From positions 232-64,231 of the forward strand of contig CADBUF010000012.1 of assembly GCA_902797795.1 (NCBI GenBank): DNA of 64,000 nt. The letters are read 5' to 3'. This DNA is from an uncultured Erysipelotrichaceae bacterium (lineage in GTDB: Bacteria; Bacillota_I; Bacilli_A; RFN20; CAG-826). A model generated the notes under the pieces. That model ran no database searches. It worked only from the letters and a program-made list of their open reading frames with translations, and had not been told where the DNA came from. Shown piece by piece: positions 8,918 to 19,169 of the stretch. The position numbers were made by a program, and so were the translations under genes. Every line of letters begins with the position of its first letter. Position 1 is the first letter of the stretch.

Positions 8918-11242
8918 TTATTTCCTTAATTCTTTTAAGCCCTTGAGAATCTTTTCAGGGGTTATTGGAAGTTTATGAATACGAACACCAGTGGCATTAT
9001 AAATAGCGTTACAAATAACCGCTGGAGGTGTATCAATACCAATCTCACCAACAGACTTAGCTCCAAATGGACCAGTAGGTTCATAAGAATCGGCAAATTC
9101 CGTGGTTAATTTATGAATTTCTTTATGTGTAGGGATGTGGTAATTGAGGAAATTATTAGAAAGAAGGTTTCCTTTTTTATCATATTTAACATCTTCAAAA
9201 CACGCCATACCAAGTCCTTGAACAACACCACCTTCAACTTGTCCTCTAGCTAACATTGGGTTAATTGTTGTTCCACAGTCAGTAACTGTAACATAGTTAC
9301 AGATTTCATATTCTCCAGTTTCTAAATCGACTTCAACTTCAGCATAAGCAGACATAAATGGAGGAGGAGAAACATGTCCAAAATAAGATTCGGTAACTTG
9401 GACCTGTTGTTGATTTTTATTGTATAGAAGTTTGATTGATAATTCGTTTAAAGTGATAGATTTCTCACCAGAAATAAAGATTTTGCCGTCAAATTTAACA
9501 GTTTCTTCTTTTACTTCAAGGAATTCAGCAGCTTCTTTAATTAAACGTTTTCTCATCTTCTGAGCTGCTTTCCACGCAGCATTGCCAGAAACATATGTAG
9601 TACTAGAAGCATAAGCCCCACAATCAAATGGAGTTAAGTCTGTGTCAGAAGAATAGATGATAACTTTATCAACTGTAGTCTCTAATTCTTCAGCAACAAT
9701 TTGGCTAATAATTGTGTCGCTACCTTGACCAATATCAGTAGCACCGACAGTTACCATATAGGTACCGCCATCATTAAGTTTGATAGAACAGCTACCCATA
9801 TCCATGAATGGAATACCACTACCTTGCATAGCGATAGCCATACCATATCCTCTGACTTTAGTTGGGCTAATAACTTTTCTTGGCCAATTATGTTCCCAAT
9901 CAATTAATTCCGCACCACGTTTAATACAATATGGGAGCTTACATGATTCCATTATCATAGCTGTACCTTTGGTACCTTCACCCATAATCTCAAAGATAGG
10001 AGATGTTTCCTTTTCTCTCATGGAATTCAATTCTCGAATCTTTTTAGGATCCATTCCAAGCTTTTCAGCAAGAATATCTATAGTTGATTCAAGAGCATAG
10101 TTGCCTTGAATAGCACCATATCCTCTATAAGCACCAGCAGGGACGTGGTTAGTGTAAACGACACGGCCACCAAAACGTACCGCATCAACTTTGTTATATA
10201 AAGGAAGAACCTTACTACCAACAATCATAAAGACTGTTAAAGAGTGTTCTCCATAAGCTCCTGTGTCACTTAATGAACGACAATCAATCGCGTTGATTCT
10301 TCCATCTTTCATCGCTCCGATTTTAAGACTAATTTTCATTGGGTGACGAGTGTAAGAAGCACCAAAGACTTCTTCACGAGTATAAACAAATCTACTTGGC
10401 TTACCAGTTCTTAATGTTGTTAAAGCGCAGAAAAATTCACCATGGAAACATTGTTTTCCACCAAAACCACCGCCAACTCTCGGTTTAATAAAACGAATTT
10501 GGTGTAGAGGAATGCCTAAAGTTGTCGACATAATTCTTCTCATGTGGAATGGTGTTTGTGTAGAAGAATAAATAACTAATCTATTGTGTTCATCTAAACG
10601 TGCGTTACTACTATGAGTCTCAAGCATAGCATGCGCTTGAGCTTGTGAATAGAAAGTCTCTTCCACAACGACATCACTCTTAGCAAGTTCTTTTTCCACA
10701 TCGCCAACTTCCATCTCATAAGTGGCAGCAACATTCTTCTTTGGTTCGAAACCAATTGGGAACATTTCATAAATTCCATCTTCTGGATGGATAATTGATT
10801 TATTTTCATATGCGGTCTCAAAATCTAATACAGGTTCAAGGACCTCATATTCAACTTTTATTAATTTTAGAGCGTCTTCAGCAATTTCTTCATTAATAGC
10901 GGCAACCATTGCAACTTCATCACCAACATAACGAACATATTCATCTAAGATGAATTTGTCATGTGGAGATGGTTCTGGATACCCTTGTCCTGCTCTACTC
11001 ATAGAAACATGAGGGACATCTTTATAAGTTAAAACAAGGGCAACACCATTAAGTTTTTGAGCTTCGCTAACATCAATATTCTTAATATGAGCAAAGGCGT
11101 GTGGAGAACGTAAAATTTTAATGACTAAACTTCCTTGAACGGCTAAGTCATCTGTATAATAACTGCGGCCTTGCATTAAACCTTTTCCATCGACGGAGTG
11201 GGTTTTATTATTAACAACGCGCATCTTTTTCTTATCAACCAT
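8918..11242 (-). CDS. molybdopterin-binding large subunit, xanthine dehydrogenase family (enzyme 1)
   Basis: 774 aa. VGGGFGGKQ motif, Mo-hydroxylase large-subunit conservation throughout. Confidence 0.85.
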   Translation of the reverse strand: MVDKKKMRVVNNKTHSVDGKGLMQGRSYYTDDLAVQGSLVIKILRSPHAFAHIKNIDVSEAQKLNGVALVLTYKDVPHVSMSRAGQGYPEPSPHDKFILDEYVRYVGDEVAMVAAINEEIAEDALKLIKVEYEVLEPVLDFETAYENKSIIHPEDGIYEMFPIGFEPKKNVAATYEMEVGDVEKELAKSDVVVEETFYSQAQAHAMLETHSSNARLDEHNRLVIYSSTQTPFHMRRIMSTTLGIPLHQIRFIKPRVGGGFGGKQCFHGEFFCALTTLRTGKPSRFVYTREEVFGASYTRHPMKISLKIGAMKDGRINAIDCRSLSDTGAYGEHSLTVFMIVGSKVLPLYNKVDAVRFGGRVVYTNHVPAGAYRGYGAIQGNYALESTIDILAEKLGMDPKKIRELNSMREKETSPIFEIMGEGTKGTAMIMESCKLPYCIKRGAELIDWEHNWPRKVISPTKVRGYGMAIAMQGSGIPFMDMGSCSIKLNDGGTYMVTVGATDIGQGSDTIISQIVAEELETTVDKVIIYSSDTDLTPFDCGAYASSTTYVSGNAAWKAAQKMRKRLIKEAAEFLEVKEETVKFDGKIFISGEKSITLNELSIKLLYNKNQQQVQVTESYFGHVSPPPFMSAYAEVEVDLETGEYEICNYVTVTDCGTTINPMLARGQVEGGVVQGLGMACFEDVKYDKKGNLLSNNFLNYHIPTHKEIHKLTTEFADSYEPTGPFGAKSVGEIGIDTPPAVICNAIYNATGVRIHKLPITPEKILKGLKELRK

Positions 11243-11246
11243 AGCC

Positions 11247-11696
11247 TTACTCCTCCTTTAAATATGCTTTGATAGCCTTCAGTTGAGATTGAAGACCAGA
11301 ACAGCGGCAAAGATTACCGACAATATAATTATTAATTTCTTCTTCAGATGGATTTTTAAGTTCACGTTTTAAAGCATAAACAGTAAGAGCTAATCCAACA
11401 TTGCAGAATCCACATTGATCAGCCCCTTCTTCTCCAAAATAATGCGCAATTTTCGCGGCTTCTTCTTGAATTCCTTCAATAGTAGTAATGTGTTTGCCTT
11501 CAATTGAGGCACTTAAAATAGAACAGCTCATCATTGGTTTTCCATCAATTAAAAGGGTACAACTACCACATGATGATTCATTACATCCAACTTTGACACT
11601 TTTAATACCATGACTTCTTAAAGTTTTAGCAAGATATTCATTAGGCGCGACATCAAAGCTAACCTCTACATCATTTAAATAAAATTTAACTAACAT
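11247..11696 (-). CDS. [2Fe-2S] iron-sulfur small subunit of molybdenum hydroxylase
   Basis: 149 aa. CNESSCGSCTL and CGFCNVG...CRCSG motifs. Confidence 0.85.
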   Translation of the reverse strand: MLVKFYLNDVEVSFDVAPNEYLAKTLRSHGIKSVKVGCNESSCGSCTLLIDGKPMMSCSILSASIEGKHITTIEGIQEEAAKIAHYFGEEGADQCGFCNVGLALTVYALKRELKNPSEEEINNYIVGNLCRCSGLQSQLKAIKAYLKEE

Positions 11697-12481
11697 TATT
11701 TGCTAACCTCCTCAAGACCACGTCTAACATAGACTTTTGTTAAGTCTTGACGATATTCTTTACTAGCGTTCATATTATCTAAACAAGATAATTCCTCTAA
11801 GACAAGTTCAGCAGCTTTATTAAAATCTGGCTTGCTTTCTTTGTTTAAGTAATCCATGGCTTTATGTGCTAAGGAGGCCACCATTGGTCTAGAGCCAACA
11901 GCAACGGCATATTTACCATTTACTTTACTAATAGCAACATTAAGAATTGGGAAATCAAGAGCGGTTGTCTTTACTTTTTTAAAGTAACCTTTGCCGTTTC
12001 CCTTTTTAATATGAATGTTTACCAAAATAGCGTTAAGACGACCTTTATAATTTAAATAGTCTTCTAGACTCATCTTTTGAGATGGATAAAATTCCAAAGA
12101 AACATCATAAGGAAGTAATCCACAGATAACATCAGAGAATGTATACCTTCCCATGATAGAACCACCTATAGTGGCAATGTTACGGAAATTAACACCCATT
12201 ACTTCTCTAACTGCAAAAGCAAGAGAGTCATTAAATAAAGACTTAATAATAGGGGAGTTCTCAAAATCTCTTTGAGTAACCATGCTTCCCACTATAATTT
12301 CGTCTTTGGTTTCGCTAATTTTGTTTAAGCCAAGGGTAGATAAATCGATTAAGCAATTAACACTTAATCCCATTTTCTTGATCCAAAGTCCACCAGCGAG
12401 TAATGAGTTCTTAGGATCTTCTTGTAACTTATGGTACGCATCTTCTAAAGAAGATGGTCGGTAGTATTCATTAACTTTCAT
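11696..12481 (-). CDS. molybdopterin dehydrogenase FAD-binding subunit
   Basis: 261 aa. LLAGG...ATIGGSI FAD-binding motifs. 1-nt overlap with the Fe-S subunit. Confidence 0.7.
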   Translation of the reverse strand: MKVNEYYRPSSLEDAYHKLQEDPKNSLLAGGLWIKKMGLSVNCLIDLSTLGLNKISETKDEIIVGSMVTQRDFENSPIIKSLFNDSLAFAVREVMGVNFRNIATIGGSIMGRYTFSDVICGLLPYDVSLEFYPSQKMSLEDYLNYKGRLNAILVNIHIKKGNGKGYFKKVKTTALDFPILNVAISKVNGKYAVAVGSRPMVASLAHKAMDYLNKESKPDFNKAAELVLEELSCLDNMNASKEYRQDLTKVYVRRGLEEVSK

Positions 12482-12485
12482 ACTA

Positions 12486-13085
12486 TCATTTCCTTTCGTT
12501 AATATTTACCTTATGAACATCAAAAACATTATTAATGTTTAATAAAATGTTTTCGTCTTTCACGTTTATTATCTCATACTTTTTACTATCGCGAAATAAT
12601 TTTAGATTGTAATCTAACGGACACTTTAATAATTCATCTATATACTTCTTAGAAATATATATAGGGTGACCGTCTTTATCAAGATATCTCACTACTCTAA
12701 TATCTTTTGAGCCAGAGAGGATTTTTTTATAGGTATCAGCTTTAACAAAGGGACAATCACCAGGAATAAGTAAAAAGTCATTACTAACTTGTTTAACTCC
12801 AGCTAAAACACTTGAAAACATTCCAAGTTCAAAGTCAGGGTTGTAAACAAAAGTTACATCTTCATCTTTTAAAGCCGCTCTTATATCTTGATCATATTTA
12901 CCAGTAACTACAAAAATACGATTCACAAACTGCTTCATCCCATGAATCGTGTGCCATAAAAGAGGATGACCATCTATTTCTAGTAGCATCTTGTTGGTAT
13001 TCATTCTGGTTGATTTACCACCAGCAAGAATAATTCCATCAATCATTAATAAAATTATATTTTGAAAATGTTGATAAATCAACAC
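12486..13085 (-). CDS. mocA: MobA-like NTP transferase (molybdenum cofactor cytidylyltransferase MocA-like)
   Basis: IILAGGKSTRM nucleotidyltransferase motif. Likely true start at the internal Met (about 13046). Sits at the head of the Mo-hydroxylase operon. Confidence 0.6.
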   Translation of the reverse strand: MLIYQHFQNIILLMIDGIILAGGKSTRMNTNKMLLEIDGHPLLWHTIHGMKQFVNRIFVVTGKYDQDIRAALKDEDVTFVYNPDFELGMFSSVLAGVKQVSNDFLLIPGDCPFVKADTYKKILSGSKDIRVVRYLDKDGHPIYISKKYIDELLKCPLDYNLKLFRDSKKYEIINVKDENILLNINNVFDVHKVNINERK

Positions 13086-13107
13086 TATCTAAATATATAA
13101 CATGTAA

Positions 13108-13860
13108 TTATTCGTGGAAGTAACGTTCGTTACGCGTTAATACAAAGATATAAAGAATAACTCCATATATAACAGCAACAACGCCAATAACAATCGCCGT
13201 TATATATTTAGCAGCATCAGATAGTGTTATCGAATAGATATTTTCAACAAAAATTAAATTAAAGAAATTAAAGATGAAGTGAAATCCAATACATAGTGGT
13301 AATGAGTAGGTATATTCAAAAATCAATGCAAGTATTAAACCTAAGAAGAAAGAATAACCAACTTGAATTAAAACGCCGACCAACGCATTAACATTTGAAA
13401 CGTTAACAAGATTGAGCAAATGGAAGAGTGCAAAAATGCCTGCAGAAGCAAAAATTCTCTTTAAACTGCTGGCATTTACCAGTGAATTTTGAATAAATAG
13501 CCTAAAAAGAAACTCTTCGCAAATTACACCCAATAGGTGATAAATAATAACAAGAATTAAGAATTTGATCGAGCTGCCAGAAGCAAAATTTGCTCCACTA
13601 ATTCCCGCGGCAATTAGATTAGAAAAGCAAACTAGAACAAATGGAAGAAAGAGTAACCCGTTTCTATAATTAGCAAACTTAAATATGTTAATTCTATATG
13701 ACCATAATATATAAATGTAGTATAAAACTAACAAAAATCTAAGTCCGATTTGGATTAATAAACGATAAAAACTAGAAATATTAAGTAAATCAACAGGAAA
13801 AGAGCTAACAAAAATGAATAGAAGTGCAAATAAGAGAATGTCTAAAAATCTAAATTTCAT
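13108..13860 (-). CDS. CPBP family intramembrane glutamic endopeptidase (CAAX protease-like)
   Basis: 250 aa polytopic membrane protein with EEFLFR...FALFH motifs. Confidence 0.7.
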   Translation of the reverse strand: MKFRFLDILLFALLFIFVSSFPVDLLNISSFYRLLIQIGLRFLLVLYYIYILWSYRINIFKFANYRNGLLFLPFVLVCFSNLIAAGISGANFASGSSIKFLILVIIYHLLGVICEEFLFRLFIQNSLVNASSLKRIFASAGIFALFHLLNLVNVSNVNALVGVLIQVGYSFFLGLILALIFEYTYSLPLCIGFHFIFNFFNLIFVENIYSITLSDAAKYITAIVIGVVAVIYGVILYIFVLTRNERYFHE

Positions 13861-14626
13861 TATGATTATTCTCCTCTACTTTTTTAACATAATAATTCTT
13901 TAAGAAGAAACATAAAGGAACAGCTAAAACTACTAACACTATACACCAATATTGAGATGGAGATAAACCGTTTAACTGTCCTCTTTCATCACCTCTAAAA
14001 AATTCAATAATAAATCTAAAAGTTCCGTAAAAAACCATATAAATTACAAAATTAAAAGAAAAATTATGTTTAAATGCTAAATATATTAGGCACGCAGATA
14101 AGAGCAATAAAAATGCGCATTCGATAAGTTGAGTAGGTAATACTTTATGATCATGGCCAGGAAATAAAATACCTATCGACGAATCTGTATCAACGCCGTA
14201 GCAACACCCCGAAAGAAAACAACCGACTCTACCAATTGCGTGTCCCAAAGTAATAGAAGCTGGTGCAATAATTAAAACCTTGTCCATGATGGGTGAGTTA
14301 TGTCTTAAAAAGTAAAACTTATATATTAAAACAAATGTAGGAACGCCTAATATAAGCCCACCATAGAAAGTCATTCCCCATGTCCATTTTAAATTTGTAT
14401 GGTAAATTGACGATTTGATTGCTTCATATAAATTTTCAAATAAAATGGTGCCAATCATTCCCATTAGGGCTGTACCAACAATGATAAGAAGTACATCGAG
14501 ATAACATGACTTATCTACTTTTCTGAAGTGAAGATAAATAAATAAAAGAATAGTTGCAAAAACAAATCCTAAAAGAATCATTACAACCATCGAAAAACCT
14601 TTGATACCAAATAAATCAGGATACAT
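13850..14626 (-). CDS. lgt: prolipoprotein diacylglyceryl transferase
   Basis: 258 aa membrane protein. Lgt signature GRVGCFLSGCCYG. Confidence 0.8.
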   Translation of the reverse strand: MYPDLFGIKGFSMVVMILLGFVFATILLFIYLHFRKVDKSCYLDVLLIIVGTALMGMIGTILFENLYEAIKSSIYHTNLKWTWGMTFYGGLILGVPTFVLIYKFYFLRHNSPIMDKVLIIAPASITLGHAIGRVGCFLSGCCYGVDTDSSIGILFPGHDHKVLPTQLIECAFLLLLSACLIYLAFKHNFSFNFVIYMVFYGTFRFIIEFFRGDERGQLNGLSPSQYWCIVLVVLAVPLCFFLKNYYVKKVEENNHNEI

Positions 14627-14726
14627 AACTCTTATATTTTACACTGATTACTTTCTTTTTAAGAATAATTGTTGTTTCACATTTCAAAAATGATATAGTT
14701 ATTTTTGGATATAGGAGAAATTACAA

Positions 14727-15641
14727 ATGAGATATGTTGTCAGTTTAGGTGGCAATGCTTTAGGTAACAATGCTGAAGAGCAAAGACTTTTAGTTAGTAA
14801 TGTTGCTAAATACATTGTCAAATTAATGAAAGATGGTCATGAAGTTGTGATTGTCCACGGTAATGGGCCACAAGTCGGAATGATTAATAATGCATTCACA
14901 GAAGCAAAAGGCGTACCTGATATGCCATTCCCAGAATGTGGAGCAATGAGTCAAGGATATATTGGCTACCATTTGCAAAACGCATTACAAAACGAATTAA
15001 GAGCGCAAGGTGTAAAAAGAAATGTTGCTACAGTAGTAAGTCAAGTCCTTGTAGATAAAAATGATCCTCTCTTTTTAAATCCAACTAAACCAGTTGGCTC
15101 ATTTATGAGTAAAGAAGAGGCAGAAAAAGTAGCTAAAGAAAAAGGCTATACAATGAAAGAAGACGCTGGAAGAGGTTATAGAAGAGTAGTTCCTTCCCCA
15201 CTTCCAATCGATATTGAAGAAAAAGAAATTATCACCACTTTAGTAAAAAACGGTGATGTTGTTATCTGTGCTGGAGGAGGAGGAATTCCAGTCATTAAAG
15301 AAGGCAATAAATTAGAAGGTGTTGCCGCTGTTATTGATAAAGATTATGCTTCTGCTTTAGTAGCTGAACTCGTTAGTGCGGATTACCTTGTTATCCTTAC
15401 TGCGATTGATAATGTTTGTATTAATTACAAACAACCAGACGAAAAGAAACTTGGTAAAGTCAGTGTTGATGAAATCAAGGAATATCTAAAAGGCGACTAC
15501 TTTGCTAAAGGAAGTATGTATCCAAAAGTGAATGCCTGTGTGAAATTCTTAACACGTTGCCCAGGAAAAACCGCAATCATTGCTGCGCTAGAAAATGCTG
15601 CGTTAGCCTTTGAAGAAAAAAGCGGAACCATTATTCGCTAA
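14727..15641 (+). CDS. arcC: carbamate kinase
   Basis: 304 aa. VVSLGGNAL...IVHGNGPQVG amino-acid-kinase-family motifs. GGAG-type RBS. Divergent from the catabolic cluster. Confidence 0.85.
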   Translation: MRYVVSLGGNALGNNAEEQRLLVSNVAKYIVKLMKDGHEVVIVHGNGPQVGMINNAFTEAKGVPDMPFPECGAMSQGYIGYHLQNALQNELRAQGVKRNVATVVSQVLVDKNDPLFLNPTKPVGSFMSKEEAEKVAKEKGYTMKEDAGRGYRRVVPSPLPIDIEEKEIITTLVKNGDVVICAGGGGIPVIKEGNKLEGVAAVIDKDYASALVAELVSADYLVILTAIDNVCINYKQPDEKKLGKVSVDEIKEYLKGDYFAKGSMYPKVNACVKFLTRCPGKTAIIAALENAALAFEEKSGTIIR

Positions 15642-15653
15642 TAACATAAAGAA

Positions 15654-15687
15654 AAGTGCCTCACCATTCGGTCGGGGCACTTTTTTA
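15654..15687. terminator. rho-independent terminator (bidirectional, between convergent arcC and serA)
   Basis: GTGCCtcaCC...GGtcGGGGCAC imperfect hairpin followed by TTTTTT. Confidence 0.6.
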
Positions 15688-15702
15688 AAAGGATTTAAAA
15701 AT

Positions 15703-16848
15703 TTATTTGATTAAATGCACTTTTAAGACGCCAGAAACAAGCTCTAATCCGCTTGGTTCTTTTTCTAAATCAGCAATTAAAGCACCAAAGTTACCTTTGA
15801 CACCTTTTGCCATTTTTAATACTCCAGCTCCTTTTAATACTTTAGAAATTTCTTCTTCAGCGTTAGGAGTATTTTTAAATAAAACTGTCACTCTAATTCC
15901 ATGTGGAGTTCCTAAATCTAAATTAGGATAGTTAACAGAGTTAACAATATTACCATTTTCAATGAAATTAACAACTTGAGAAGCCGCCATATGGGCACAG
16001 TTATCTTCCGCTTCTTCAGTTGAAGCACCTAAGTGAGAAATTGCTACTACACCTTCCATATTAGCGGTTTTAGCATTTGGGAAGTCCGTAACATATTTTC
16101 TGACTTTGCCGTTTTTAAGAGCAACTTCTAAATCTGCATCATTAATTAAAGCGTCTCTAGCAGCGTTAATAATAATTACTCCATCTTTCATCTTATTAAA
16201 TGCTGCTTCATTTAACATGCCTCTTGTGGCATCTAATAAAGGTACGTGAACAGTGATATAATCACTCTCTTTTAATAATTCATCTAACTCGACAAATTTC
16301 ACATTTCCTAATAAGGAAGCATTTCGTTCTCTAGTCGCAGCACTTGGTTCAACGCCTAAGACTCTCATACCAAGTTTACTAGCAGCGTCAGCAACTAAAG
16401 CACCAATCGCGCCACAGCCAATAACACCTAAAGTCTTTCCCATGATTTCCGTTCCAGCATAGGCTGCTTTGGCTTTTTCCATGGTTTTATTGATTTCAGG
16501 ATCTCCTTTATTAGCTTTTACCCACTCCATTGATCCTCTTAGATCACGAGCAGCAAGAAGCATCATTGCAATGGTTAATTCCTTGACCGCATTAGCATTA
16601 GCGCCAGGAGTGTTAAAAACGACAATCCCTTTTTCTGCGAATTTTTCTAATGGAATATTATTAACACCTGCTCCTGCTCTAGCAACACAAAGAACGCTTT
16701 TTGGGAGTTCCATTTCATGCATTGCAGCGCTTCTTACTAATATAGCAGACACTTTATCATCTAAAGTATCAACTACTTTGTAGTTATTAGGGAGAGCTTT
16801 TAATCCAACAGGAGAAATCTTATTTAAACAATGTACATTTCTTTCCAT
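15703..16848 (-). CDS. serA: D-3-phosphoglycerate dehydrogenase (2-hydroxyacid dehydrogenase family)
   Basis: 381 aa. GVIGCGAIG Rossmann motif, catalytic His/Glu region. Adjacent to serC. Confidence 0.75.
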   Translation of the reverse strand: MERNVHCLNKISPVGLKALPNNYKVVDTLDDKVSAILVRSAAMHEMELPKSVLCVARAGAGVNNIPLEKFAEKGIVVFNTPGANANAVKELTIAMMLLAARDLRGSMEWVKANKGDPEINKTMEKAKAAYAGTEIMGKTLGVIGCGAIGALVADAASKLGMRVLGVEPSAATRERNASLLGNVKFVELDELLKESDYITVHVPLLDATRGMLNEAAFNKMKDGVIIINAARDALINDADLEVALKNGKVRKYVTDFPNAKTANMEGVVAISHLGASTEEAEDNCAHMAASQVVNFIENGNIVNSVNYPNLDLGTPHGIRVTVLFKNTPNAEEEISKVLKGAGVLKMAKGVKGNFGALIADLEKEPSGLELVSGVLKVHLIK

Positions 16849-17933
16849 TATTTGTGTGCCTCTTCAAATTCTTTCAAGTATTTGACTAAAGCTTTAACAC
16901 CTTCAATAGGCATCGCGTTATAAATGGACGCTCTTAATCCACCAGTGGATCTATGACCTTTGAGGTTGGTAAATTTATATTTTTTCGCGCCTTCTAAGAA
17001 TTCAGCGTCAAGTTCATCACTTGGAGTTCTAAAAGTAACGTTCATTAATGAACGAGAACCCTTTTCAACTGATGTTTGATAGAAATCAGAACTATCTAAA
17101 TAGTCATATAAAACTTTGGCTTTTTCTTCATTTAAGATACGACGTTTTTCAAGACCACCATTTTTAAGTAACCATTTGAAAACTTTGCCACAAATATAAA
17201 TACCATAAGTTGGTGGAGTGTTATACATAGAGCCATTTTCCACGTGTGGTAAATATCTTAAATATACTGGAAGAGGAAGTTCAGCAGAACGAGCCACTAA
17301 ATCATCACGAATGATAACAATAGTAACTCCAGCAGGGCCAACATTCTTTTGCGCTCCAGCGTAAATCATGCCAAATTTACGGACATCGATTGGTTCGCTT
17401 AAGAAGCAGCTACTCATATCACAAATTAGAGGAATCTTACCAGTATCTGGATATTCTTTAAATTTGGTACCATAAATTGTGTTGTTATCACACATGTAAA
17501 CATAATCTGCATCTTCATTGATATGAAGGTTCTTCATAGAAGGAATATAAGAAAATTTCTTATCTTCACTACTAGCAATAACTCTTACTTCGCCAAATAA
17601 TTTCGCATCTTGAATAGCCTTTTTAGTCCATACACCAGTGTTGATAAAATCAGCTTTCTTATTGATGGTCATTAAATTCATTGGAATCATTCCAAATTGA
17701 AGTGTTGCCCCACCTTGAAGGAAGAGAACTTTGTAATTCTCAGGAATACCGACTAATTTACGAAGGTCAGCTTCTGCTTCATCAATAATTTGTTGATATA
17801 CTTTGGAACGGTGACTCATTTCCATGACGGACATGCCACATCCACGGTAATCAAGCATTTCTTCTGCGGCTTCTTTTAATACTTCTTCTGGAAGCATTGC
17901 TGGGCCGGCAGAAAAGTTATAAATTCTTGCCAT
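16848..17933 (-). CDS. serC: phosphoserine aminotransferase
   Basis: 361 aa. FSAGPAMLP N-terminus, class-V aminotransferase motifs. Confidence 0.9.
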   Translation of the reverse strand: MARIYNFSAGPAMLPEEVLKEAAEEMLDYRGCGMSVMEMSHRSKVYQQIIDEAEADLRKLVGIPENYKVLFLQGGATLQFGMIPMNLMTINKKADFINTGVWTKKAIQDAKLFGEVRVIASSEDKKFSYIPSMKNLHINEDADYVYMCDNNTIYGTKFKEYPDTGKIPLICDMSSCFLSEPIDVRKFGMIYAGAQKNVGPAGVTIVIIRDDLVARSAELPLPVYLRYLPHVENGSMYNTPPTYGIYICGKVFKWLLKNGGLEKRRILNEEKAKVLYDYLDSSDFYQTSVEKGSRSLMNVTFRTPSDELDAEFLEGAKKYKFTNLKGHRSTGGLRASIYNAMPIEGVKALVKYLKEFEEAHK

Positions 17934-17945
17934 ACTTTTTTCTCC

Positions 17946-19169
17946 TTATTTTGTTATTTTTTTGGCTTCTAAATAATATCTTTTTTCACTTGCGTGTCCC
18001 ATCGAGAAAGATTTACGTGGGAGGACAAGGTCGCCAGCGATGTAATCAAAGAGATCATCTTTAGTTAACGCGGGCATTTTAATCGCTACTGAATTTGTAT
18101 TTTTATCAGTAACAGAAAGTAATTCATCTTCATCATGAATGAAGTCGATTTTTATTTCTTTATGTTTAGACATATATTCATCTAAAAATGATTGAATTTC
18201 TTTATACGCTTTCGGAGCGTTTTTGTTCATTTTAAACGCTTTCTTTCCAGTTTTAGAAGAATAAATATAAGTAGAGAAGTCGCCTTTACTTATTTTATTA
18301 AGTTCATTTATAAATTCATCATCAACGTTAAATAAGACGCGGTGAATTGGTTCAAAAATGATCCCTTCATCATACAAATTATTAGCTTCCACTAATGCAA
18401 ATCTTGCAGGATGATTTTTTCTTTCTTCTTCATTAAGATCTTTTTTAATCAAATCCCAGTGTGCTTTCGCGGTCGCTAAAGAGTGATTCCCATCACCAAC
18501 GATAAAGAGTAACCCGTTATTATTTTTGTTAAATAATGCATCAAATTTAGTGATTACTTCTTTAGTGTTATTAATCTTATAACCACGGATATGACCACCG
18601 TCTTTATTGAGTTCAAAGTCATAAACTTTTTCTAAAGAATTTCTATTCTTATATAATTCTTCAACAATGCTCTTTTCTTTGTCATCAAAAAGAACAAGGA
18701 TGTGTGGTAATTCAATAGGGGCGTTCTTTCTAATCTTTAGTCGAGGTGGGATACGTTCAACGATCGTTGCTTCACTAGCCTTAATAGAAGCTTTATTTCC
18801 TTTTTCATAAGAATAATCTTCTAAATCAATGGCAAGCATTAACCCAAGACGACGAACTCCAAAAGAAGTAACACGTTCCACTAATATGAAGCATTCACCA
18901 ATATCCACTAAATCGCCATTAGCTAAATAAGAAGAAATATTCTTATTAATATTAGCGATATATGCATCATTATCAGTGGTTTCTAAATATGCTTCTGGAT
19001 AAATCATATGAAGTGTAGAAACACTGTCACCAACGTATTTACTTAAAGAATCCCAATATTGTAAATTAGAAGTATATTGGTCACAGGCAATGACCGCATA
19101 TTTAGACATATCCACACCTTTTCTAGGTAGATATATATGAGGGGCTTTAATGGTCCCAATCATTAGCAA
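17946..19169 (-). CDS. DUF1015-type conserved protein commonly linked to serA/serC
   Basis: 407 aa. Call based on size and conserved genomic association with serA-serC in Firmicutes. No catalytic motif identified by eye. Confidence 0.4.
   Translation of the reverse strand: MLMIGTIKAPHIYLPRKGVDMSKYAVIACDQYTSNLQYWDSLSKYVGDSVSTLHMIYPEAYLETTDNDAYIANINKNISSYLANGDLVDIGECFILVERVTSFGVRRLGLMLAIDLEDYSYEKGNKASIKASEATIVERIPPRLKIRKNAPIELPHILVLFDDKEKSIVEELYKNRNSLEKVYDFELNKDGGHIRGYKINNTKEVITKFDALFNKNNNGLLFIVGDGNHSLATAKAHWDLIKKDLNEEERKNHPARFALVEANNLYDEGIIFEPIHRVLFNVDDEFINELNKISKGDFSTYIYSSKTGKKAFKMNKNAPKAYKEIQSFLDEYMSKHKEIKIDFIHDEDELLSVTDKNTNSVAIKMPALTKDDLFDYIAGDLVLPRKSFSMGHASEKRYYLEAKKITK

Noticed and set aside
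1808-12481. Possible selenocysteine (UGA) recoding in the Mo-hydroxylase cluster
   Set aside because: All subunits are continuous ORFs with no split at an in-frame TGA. The Se in this enzyme family is a labile cofactor, not Sec. No SECIS-like context sought further.
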